Source of the DNA: an uncultured Verrucomicrobiales bacterium
Lineage (GTDB): Bacteria; Verrucomicrobiota; Verrucomicrobiia; Verrucomicrobiales; Akkermansiaceae
Reading direction: 5' to 3'
Assembly: GCA_938008215.1 (NCBI GenBank)
Contig: CALLLS010000009.1
Span: forward strand, 8,300 to 72,299
DNA: 64,000 nucleotides
A model generated the notes under the pieces. The model made no database searches. It had not been told where the DNA came from and saw nothing but the letters and a program-made list of their open reading frames with translations. Below, piece by piece: positions 50,169-60,000 of this stretch. Made by a program: the position numbers and the translations under genes. How positions within the stretch are numbered: position 1 is the first letter of the stretch; the number at the start of each line of letters is the position of its first letter.

Positions 50169-51248
50169 TTATAGAGTTAAACTTTTAGTGAAGAAAACCG
50201 CAGTAGGTAAGATGTCATCACGTCCTAAGTATTGACCATTAATTAGGGTGTCCCATTGCCCTGCAGTGAGACTTTGGGCAGAATTTTTTGGGCATACTTT
50301 AATCTGAAAATCCAGTTTTCTGGGGATGAAATGATGGGTGCCTAATGTATCATTAGATTTTAAAACCTCATGAAAATTACTAGGAAAATTATCGGCTCCG
50401 CTTGGAAATTCCGCCTTTAAAGCATCAACAGTTTTATAATTTTGAGAGAAGCTTTCTAAAATTTGAGTAGTTGTAGAGCCATCAAGTGAAATTAATTTCC
50501 CAGATAAGTTAATGGTGAATTGAGCAATATTATTTGCGACTAAGCTGAGAACTGCTGGCGATAAATCAGAGGGGAATCCCCAATCGGCATCATCATTCTT
50601 GGGAGTTCCTTTGATAAAGCTTGCTCCCCTTGGGATAGCCGCCAGCCCTCTAGGGGTAGTTTCTGGTGCTTGAGTAGGATTAATGAGGTTTAACCGAGCG
50701 AAAACTCTATCTGGGGGAGTAAAATAACGGAAGAGTTTACGCGAATACCCTATGTTATTCGCGGAGAAGTCCTGAGATAGATCCTCACTCTGCGTATCCT
50801 TTGTAATCGCGGTAAAGTAGAGGACATGGGCGATGTTTTTACCGTCAAATGATTCTGCCTCTTCTTTTGAAATAAGGATGAAAAAGCCTAATCGATCACA
50901 TGGAAACCCCTTATTCATTTCACTTGGGAAATATGTTCCGTAGGAATAATGACCTTCCCATGTAGTATAAAGCCCTTTTGCGATGTCCCAACCTGAATCC
51001 GCGCCACCATCTCCATAGCTTAGAGGTAATTGTAAGATGATATTACCTAAATCATCCTGAATCCACTCGGTAGCAGAGCGTGAAGCCGAGGTTTCGGAGA
51101 TGCCATTAGAGATTTGTTTATATCCATTAGCGCCCACTTGTAAGAGAGAAAGAACGCCAAGTAGAATAATCGTGCTAACAGCCATCGACACCAAAAGCTC
51201 GGTAAGAGTGAAGCCGCATTCTTTCCTACTGACTGCGGTGTTTCTCAT
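50169..51248 (-). CDS. prepilin-type N-terminal cleavage/methylation protein (GspJ/PilW-like position)
   Basis: CG/FTLTELLVSMAVSTIILLGVL class III signal. Confidence 0.7.
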   Translation of the reverse strand: MRNTAVSRKECGFTLTELLVSMAVSTIILLGVLSLLQVGANGYKQISNGISETSASRSATEWIQDDLGNIILQLPLSYGDGGADSGWDIAKGLYTTWEGHYSYGTYFPSEMNKGFPCDRLGFFILISKEEAESFDGKNIAHVLYFTAITKDTQSEDLSQDFSANNIGYSRKLFRYFTPPDRVFARLNLINPTQAPETTPRGLAAIPRGASFIKGTPKNDDADWGFPSDLSPAVLSLVANNIAQFTINLSGKLISLDGSTTTQILESFSQNYKTVDALKAEFPSGADNFPSNFHEVLKSNDTLGTHHFIPRKLDFQIKVCPKNSAQSLTAGQWDTLINGQYLGRDDILPTAVFFTKSLTL

Positions 51249-51802
51249 GGAGCACTATAGAGACGGTAAAATGTGGAGGATTTTCTAGAACTGGCAGGAA
51301 CTCCAGCAGGGTATTCTATGGTGAGTTTGAAGCGCTCAGTTCTCGTGGAATCCTTACCTGAAGTGTCATTAGGCGCAGCCACGATGGTGGCAATGTATCC
51401 TGAGGTCACTTCTTGGGAGGAGGTCATAGGAATATCTGGGTTCTTCAAGCTCCAGCTCTTGTCTCCTATGTTTAAAACTCCATCTGAGGCGTAAGGCTTC
51501 GCCTCACTTGTGAATAAGATGCTGAGAGATTCTCCTGATGAAATACTTGGAAAGGGCCTTGGTGTATTACTGGGGAAGAAAATGCTCGTTTCATCATTCC
51601 AAGCAAAAGGCATTTCTGAGAAGACATATGCCGCCACTTGAATCAGCTTGGATTCTTGCGATGCTTTTCTCTTAAAATCCAAGCTCATAGTGAGCGCGGC
51701 TAATGTGGTGGGTAATATTAAGGCAACTACACATAGAGAAACGAGGTTCTCCACCAGTGAAAAGCCTTGAGGTTTATTACTATGTGCACAGAGATTTTTC
51801 AT
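51245..51802 (-). CDS. prepilin-type protein (GspI/PilV-like position)
   Basis: QG/FSLVENLVSLCVVALIL class III signal. Confidence 0.65.
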   Translation of the reverse strand: MKNLCAHSNKPQGFSLVENLVSLCVVALILPTTLAALTMSLDFKRKASQESKLIQVAAYVFSEMPFAWNDETSIFFPSNTPRPFPSISSGESLSILFTSEAKPYASDGVLNIGDKSWSLKNPDIPMTSSQEVTSGYIATIVAAPNDTSGKDSTRTERFKLTIEYPAGVPASSRKSSTFYRLYSAP

Positions 51803-51804
51803 GA

Positions 51805-52584
51805 CTACATAGAGGGGAGGGAAATGGCACTTGTCAGCGGACTGAGATAGATAAGCTTTCCATTCACATTCTTGAGCGTTTGTTGAGATGAGTTTACTTG
51901 AAAACTATCTAGTTCGTCTAACCTTGGTGTGACTGCGCCATCCTTAACTCTTGCCTCACGAATAAACATGAAAGCTCCTTTTTGCGATTCAGAGGTTTGT
52001 TCGTTAACGTATTTTGAAAGCGTATTGTTATCGGGATTTTTACTGTTCTGAGCGCTAAAGTGTTTCGAGACAACTGCGCCATCCCCATCAAAAATAATAT
52101 ATCGGATATCAGGGTGTTTATCTGTCACGCTAGAAGCTCTCTCGTGGCATAAATATTCAGTGTCATTGCCTCCAGCGTAAAAAAGATTTGGGATATCTCT
52201 ATTATTAAAGTCTATTTCCACCGCGGTATGAGGAGGTAAGGTAAGCCAGCGTTGTCTGAGCTTTAGCTTATCGCTTAAAGGATCAATAGCTTCATCAACA
52301 TTTGTCGGCGGGAAGCGAGCGATGGTAAGTCTGCGGTAAGAATCATGATCAGAAGGATCACAGGAAAGGAGTAGAGCACGATACTCTCCGCTCGCTTTAG
52401 CTTCACTATGTGCTTGCTCTAAGAGTGCGGTGACTTGCTCGGTGGCGAGAGTTACTGAGTCTGGCTTTCCAAGTGATGATAGCCCAGAGATGGAGAGGCT
52501 TAAGAGAATACCTGTAATGGTAATCACCGCCATAAGCTCAGTAAGCGTAAAGGCATTTCTCTTTTGCTGCCGATTCAGAATTAT
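51805..52584 (-). CDS. prepilin-type protein (GspH/FimU-like position) with probable non-ATG start
   Basis: The frame is open upstream of the track ATG (52533) and encodes ...KRNA/FTLTEL-M-AVITITGILL. A GGAGG at 52597-52593 lies 8 nt before ATA (52584). ATT follows at 52581 and CTG at 52578. Confidence 0.6.
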   Translation of the reverse strand: MILNRQQKRNAFTLTELMAVITITGILLSLSISGLSSLGKPDSVTLATEQVTALLEQAHSEAKASGEYRALLLSCDPSDHDSYRRLTIARFPPTNVDEAIDPLSDKLKLRQRWLTLPPHTAVEIDFNNRDIPNLFYAGGNDTEYLCHERASSVTDKHPDIRYIIFDGDGAVVSKHFSAQNSKNPDNNTLSKYVNEQTSESQKGAFMFIREARVKDGAVTPRLDELDSFQVNSSQQTLKNVNGKLIYLSPLTSAISLPSM

Positions 52585-52691
52585 AACTGTAACCTCCTAG
52601 CCATTTTTCGGTGCATGCTGACATAATCCCGATTGAATGGCAAGGCTCAGGTTTACTTGACTCAACTGCCTAGGCAGTCGAACCAATCGGG

Positions 52692-54749
<2,058 letters not shown>

Positions 54750-54809
54750 TTATTCAACACAGGAGTTGTAACTTTAGAAACGACTTCTCAAACGGTATAC
54801 AATAGTCTA

Positions 54810-54915
54810 AAAATCGCTCCCTTCGTCGGCATCACCCGCATCAGGTTCAAAGGGTTGTGCCATCATCAGATAAACACTCTCAGTCCATTCGGACACCCCT
54901 GCTGTGATAGCAGGA
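54810..54915 (-). promoter_or_regulatory. TPP (THI-box) riboswitch
   Basis: The minus strand reads AGGGGTGTCCGAATGGACTGAGAG...ACCCTTTGAACCTGATGCGGGTGATGCCGACGAAGGGAG. This matches the conserved CUGAGA and ACCCUUUGAACCUGAU cores. Confidence 0.85.
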
Positions 54916-54959
54916 TATGTGTGCTTTTAAGAAAGTCAAGAATACAGCTACTAGTGTTA

Positions 54960-55166
54960 CTACTTGAATAGGAAGTAAACGCCCACCGCTATAATCCCGA
55001 TCCATACCGACCAGATTTGGGTTTGCCCAAAAGATCTAGCACCTGGTGTTTCAGAAGGATCATCTGGATGAGGACCGAAGATCTTCTGGAAATTGATAAT
55101 CAGATAAATTCCACCCCAAACCCATGAGAGGAGGAAGAGAAATACCAGTGATTTTTCTAAGAGCAT
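54960..55166 (-). CDS. small two-TM membrane protein
   Basis: 68 aa with two hydrophobic helices. Begins 3 nt after the lspA stop. Confidence 0.4.
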   Translation of the reverse strand: MLLEKSLVFLFLLSWVWGGIYLIINFQKIFGPHPDDPSETPGARSFGQTQIWSVWIGIIAVGVYFLFK

Positions 55167-55169
55167 CGG

Positions 55170-55754
55170 TTAAACTGCCTTTTCTTTATACTCCTTACTA
55201 AACAGAGAGGCCCAAATCAGGAGCCCCGCCGCTACGCAGATACAACTATCTGCGACGTTGAAACTCGGGTAATGGTAGTCAACAACAGGGATCACGAAGT
55301 CTAAAAAATCCACCACGTAACCCTTCGTGAATCGCGTTAAGAAAGAGGCGTCCTTATACTCCTCTAAGAAAAAACCTTGGAGCAAGCGATCCGTGAAGTT
55401 CCCGATGATACCAGAGATGATGAGGGCGGCGGCAATCTTGGTAACACGCGTCGGGAAGCCTCCTTTTTTCCAAAAGAAGATGATTCCCACCAGAGCACCT
55501 GTAAGAATGAAGGGAAAGACCAGTGGAGCCCACGTAGAGCCATTCCCGATACCCCATGCCATGCCCTGATTATGAATACGGTTTATCCAAAAGACTCCAT
55601 CGATCACAGGATTACGATCAACCACGTATTGCCCAAACTCGTTGAAGTGTGGGGCTTTCATATTAAAGACCACCCACCACTTAGTAAGCTGATCAATCAC
55701 ATAGAGCGGGAGTGAAATTTTGAGAAACCAAGGAAGAAACTTAGGCGCGTCCAT
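55170..55754 (-). CDS. lspA: lipoprotein signal peptidase II
   Basis: DQLTKW and FNVADSCI blocks. Four TM segments. Confidence 0.85.
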   Translation of the reverse strand: MDAPKFLPWFLKISLPLYVIDQLTKWWVVFNMKAPHFNEFGQYVVDRNPVIDGVFWINRIHNQGMAWGIGNGSTWAPLVFPFILTGALVGIIFFWKKGGFPTRVTKIAAALIISGIIGNFTDRLLQGFFLEEYKDASFLTRFTKGYVVDFLDFVIPVVDYHYPSFNVADSCICVAAGLLIWASLFSKEYKEKAV

Positions 55755-55862
55755 GGCATTTTCTTATCCATAGATTTATAAATTTACCACAGATTTATGA
55801 ACTGTTTTCAGATGAAAACAAAATACATTGACCTTCCACAGCCGACTCTTTAAGTCCACGGT

Positions 55863-56576
55863 ATGGAACCGCTCTATGAAGGGAAAGCGAAGCGCCTTTT
55901 CGCTACTGAAGATCCTGATATCCTTCGCATGGAATATAAGGACGATGCCACCGCATTTAATGCGCAGAAAAAAGCGCAGTTTGAGAATAAAGGGAAGCTG
56001 AATAAGTCCATTACCCTGCTCATTTATAAAATGCTGGAAGAGCGCGGCATAGAGACGCACATTGTGAAAGATGTGGACGAGGTGAATATCCTCGTGAAAA
56101 AGGTCGATATCCTCCTCGTGGAAGTGATTGTCAGAAACATCGCAGCGGGTTCATTTTGTAAGCGTGTAGGCGTAGAAGAAGGAACACCTTTTAAGGAGCC
56201 GATCGTAGAATTTTCCTATAAGTCAGATGAATTAGGAGATCCGTTAATCAACACCGATTACGCGCGTGAGCTCGGACTAGCCACTCCAGAAGAGTGCGCG
56301 GAACTCAAACGTCAAGCCCTGGAAATTAATAAAGTCCAGAAAGAGTTCTTCGCAAAGTGCGGGTTAAAGCTCGTGGACTTTAAGATTGAGTTCGGACGCC
56401 CAAGCGATGACCCATCCAAGATTATTCTTGCTGATGAAGTTAGCCCGGACACCTGCAGGCTCTGGGATATGGAAACAGGGGAAAAGCTTGATAAAGATCG
56501 TTTCCGCCAAGACTTGGGCGGAGTCATGGAAGGGTATGCTGAAATCCTAGAGAGAATTAAAAACGCCACTACTTGA
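55863..56576 (+). CDS. purC: phosphoribosylaminoimidazole-succinocarboxamide synthase
   Basis: LYEGKAKRLF opening and SAICAR synthetase blocks. Confidence 0.9.
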   Translation: MEPLYEGKAKRLFATEDPDILRMEYKDDATAFNAQKKAQFENKGKLNKSITLLIYKMLEERGIETHIVKDVDEVNILVKKVDILLVEVIVRNIAAGSFCKRVGVEEGTPFKEPIVEFSYKSDELGDPLINTDYARELGLATPEECAELKRQALEINKVQKEFFAKCGLKLVDFKIEFGRPSDDPSKIILADEVSPDTCRLWDMETGEKLDKDRFRQDLGGVMEGYAEILERIKNATT

Positions 56577-56580
56577 TTAC

Positions 56581-56598
56581 CTCTCGCAAAGCCGCAAA
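56581..56598 (-). repeat. left arm of an 18-bp perfect inverted repeat flanking the GxxExxY gene
   Basis: CTCTCGCAAAGCCGCAAA is the exact reverse complement of 57000-57017. Confidence 0.9.
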
Positions 56599-56605
56599 AT
56601 TTATT

Positions 56606-56989
56606 ATGTCCGAAAATGAATTAGCTAAAATTGTGGTGCAGAAAGTTTATGAAATCCACAAGACTTTAGGTCCTGGACTTTTAGAATCAGTTTATCAGCG
56701 AATATTAGCTTACGAATTAAGGCTAGAGAAACTAAACCTCAAAACGGAAGTTGTGATTCCCTTAGAGTGGAAAGGGAACAAAATGGATGAGGGCTTTAGA
56801 GCTGACATCATTGTGGAGGATAAATTACTCATAGAACTTAAATCCGTTTCAGAAATGAAGGACGTGTTTCTAAAGCAGACACTGACCTATTTAAAATTAA
56901 CTAAGATCAAGCTTGGACTTCTTGTAAACTTCGGCTCAACAGATGTGTCAAGTGGAGTGAGAAGAGTCGTTAATGGGCTTGAAGAATAA
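56606..56989 (+). CDS. GxxExxY protein (PD-(D/E)XK nuclease-fold family)
   Basis: GPGLLESVYQ (the GxxExxY motif) and RADIIVEDKLLIELKS (a D...ExK-like core). The start is trimmed to the ATG at 56606; the track start at 56573 is TTG. Confidence 0.8.
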   Translation: MSENELAKIVVQKVYEIHKTLGPGLLESVYQRILAYELRLEKLNLKTEVVIPLEWKGNKMDEGFRADIIVEDKLLIELKSVSEMKDVFLKQTLTYLKLTKIKLGLLVNFGSTDVSSGVRRVVNGLEE

Positions 56990-56992
56990 AAA

Positions 56993-57028
56993 TTGCGCCT
57001 TTGCGGCTTTGCGAGAGATATAAAAATT
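56993..57028 (+). repeat. TTTGCG-heptad element abutting the purL start (contains the right IR arm 57000-57017)
   Basis: TTGCGCCTTTGCGGCTTTGCGAGAGATATAAAAATT-ATG. Near-identical to 60842-60876. Confidence 0.85.
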
Positions 57029-60000
57029 ATGCTTAGAAGAGTATACGTTGAGAAAAAGGAAGCCTTCGCGAGAGAGGGGGAAAGTTTACTTCATGAATTA
57101 AAAGAGAGCCTAGGAGCGCATGCCGTGACGGGGATTAGAGTGCTCCAACGTTATGATGTAGAAGGCTTATCCGAAGAAGAATTTGCAGAAGCCTGTCGCT
57201 CCGTTTTTTCTGAGCCTCAGGTGGATATCTTCGATGTAGAAATGCCTATTCTACCGACGGAAACCGCCTTTGCTGTAGAATACCTTCCAGGACAGTTTGA
57301 TCAACGTGCAGACTCCGCCGCTAAGTGCTTAAAAATCCTCACTGGAAATGACTCCGCGCTCGTTGCCCACGCTAAGGTTTACTTCCTTACTGGCGACCCG
57401 AGCAACGAGGAACTTACAGAGATCAAGAATTACGTCATTAATCCTGTGGACTCAAGGGAGGCATCTCTGCTGGTCCCTGAAACACTTTTAAAGGAGGCTT
57501 CTGAGCCCGCCGATGTCGCTATTCTAGAGTGCTTCATCTCCAAGTCTGAAGGAGAATTAGCTGAAATGGCAATGCAATACGGGCTTGCGATGTCCGTAGC
57601 AGACCTGCTTCATATCCAAGCGCAATATCGTGATAAGGAGGAAAGAGACCCCACTATCACGGAGTTAAAAATGCTCGATACCTATTGGTCAGATCATTGC
57701 CGTCACACCACCTTTTTAACGGCACTGGATCGGATCGACTTCGCCGAAGATTGCCCGCCATGTTTCGAAGAGGCTTATGCGTCATATAAAGAAGCTCGGG
57801 ATTACGTCTATGGTGCAGACACCCCACGTCCAGAAACGATGATGGACATGGCATGCATCGCCATGAAGGAGCTCCGAAAGTCTGGTGAGCTCGACAACCT
57901 AGAAGTCTCTGAGGAAATCAACGCTGCCTCGATAGAAGTGCCTATCGAGATCAATGGTGAGATGGAAGATTACCTCATCATGTTTAAGAATGAGACGCAT
58001 AACCACCCCACGGAAATTGAACCGTTCGGGGGCGCTGCGACTTGTCTGGGAGGAGCAATCCGCGATCCCCTTTCTGGACGTTCTTATGTTTACCAAGCGA
58101 TGCGTGTGACTGGAGCCGCCGATCCCACTCTTCCATTTGATCAAACGATGCCCGGTAAGCTCCCGCAGAAGAAAATTTGTGTAGAAGCCGCCGAAGGATA
58201 CTCCTCTTACGGAAACCAGATCGGGCTCGCCACTGGTGATGTCTCTGAGGTTTACCACCCAAACTATGTCGCTAAGCGCATGGAGATTGGAGCCGTCGTA
58301 GCTGCCGCACCTAAGAAAAACGTCTTTCGAGGCTCCTCTTCTCCAGGAGATGTCATTTTACTCATGGGTGGACGCACTGGTAGAGATGGAATTGGTGGGG
58401 CAACAGGCTCATCCAAGGAACATACTGAAACCGCTCTGGAAAACTCAGCGGAAGTGCAGAAAGGAAACCCGCCAGTAGAGCGCGCCCTCCAACGCCTTTT
58501 CCGTAATCCTGTCCTCGCGCCTAAGATTAAGATTTGTAATGACTTTGGTGCTGGAGGTGTCTCCGTAGCAATCGGAGAACTTGCCCCAAGTCTAGAAATC
58601 GATTTAGACCAAGTGCGTAAGAAATACGATGGTCTCGACGGCACAGAGATCGCCATTTCTGAGTCTCAGGAACGAATGGCGGTGATCGTCTCACCAGCAG
58701 ACGTGGATTACTTCATCGCGGAAGCGGATAAGGAAAACCTCGAATGTTATAAGGTGGCCGATGTAACGGACACGGGACGTCTCGTGATGAGATGGCGCGG
58801 AAAAGTGATCGTCGATCTAGAGCGTGATTTTCTTGATACCAATGGAGTGACGCCAGCGTCCTCTGCACGAATTGAAGCACCCATTTCCGATGCTTCTCCG
58901 CTTGGGAAAGCATATCAAGGTTTATCGGAAGGAGAGATAGAGACGCAGTTTTATAACCTCGCCGCAGATCTGAATTTCACCTCACAAAAAGGTCTTAAAG
59001 AACGCTTTGATGGAACCATCGGAGCGGGTACCGTTCTGCATCCGCTGGGAGGAGAAAACCAGCTCACGCCACCAGATGCAATGTGTGCCCTTGTGCCAGT
59101 GCTTAATGGCAGCACCAACCATTGCACCTTCTTTTCATGGGGCTTTAATCCTCGTCTCGCAAGCTGGTCACCTTTCCATGGCGCCGCTTATGCCCTCACG
59201 CAATCCGTTTGTAAGATTGTTTCGGCTGGTGGAAAACTGGCGGAAATTCGTCTCACCCTCCAAGAATACTTTGAGAAACTGGGGAGTGATCCCGTCCGAT
59301 GGGGGAAGCCAACTGCCGCTCTTCTGGGAGCGCTCCATGTCCAACGCTCATTAAGACTCGCTGCCATCGGTGGTAAGGACTCCATGTCTGGCACCTTTAA
59401 GGACATTGATGTGCCACCTACTCTTGTATCCTTCGCCCTCGCGCCTGGACTAGCTACGCATGCCATGTCACCAGAGCTTAAGCGAACCGATACATCCCTC
59501 TATCTCGTTCAAATTCCGCGCATTTCAGACGGACTGCCTGACTTTAAGGCTCTAATGGCTATTGCGAAGGAGCTTCATATCCTCATCGCGAAGGGACTGG
59601 TCGATGCCGCGCACACCCTCGGAGAGGGAGGCATCGCGGAAGGGTTAATGAAGATGACTCTCGGTAACTCTATAGGGGTGAAGCTTACCAATAAAGCATT
59701 GGGTAGTCAGGACGCTCTTTTCCGTGAGCGTTATGCCAGCTTCCTCATTGAGATGAAAACTGCGCCTCCAGCCTCACTACACGCCCAGCTACTAGGGAAG
59801 ACGCAGGCGGAGCCAGAGATTACGCTCTTTGACGGTGAAGTTTCACTAGATACCCTTCAGGAACATTACCTCCAAACTTTAGAGACCGTTTACCCGAACC
59901 AGCCTCGCCTAAGTGATGCGCCTTCCATCCCCGTAAAAACAATATCCTCAGACGTGGCTCCGAGCAAAACGAAGTCTCTGAAGACCACCGCCGAACCACG

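Noticed and set aside
55803-55820. Hairpin TGTTTTC-AGAT-GAAAACA in the lspA/purC divergent region
   Set aside because: It is a short A/T-rich stem inside a divergent promoter region with no supporting context. No function can be assigned.
56993-57028. N-terminal extensions of purL (MRLCGFARDIKI...), rsfS (60850, MRLCERYKT...) and the GxxExxY gene (56573)
   Set aside because: All three start at TTG codons that lie inside the repeated TTTGCG element. The similar peptides are a by-product of the DNA repeat. Downstream ATGs give family-typical N-termini.
57000-57028. Reading the TTTGCG/TATAAA element as a sigma-70 promoter or leaderless start
   Set aside because: TATAAA ends only 3-4 nt before the ATG. 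The TTGCGx hexamers lie 4, 12 or 20 nt from it. None of these spacings fits the -35/-10 geometry or a normal distance to the transcription start.
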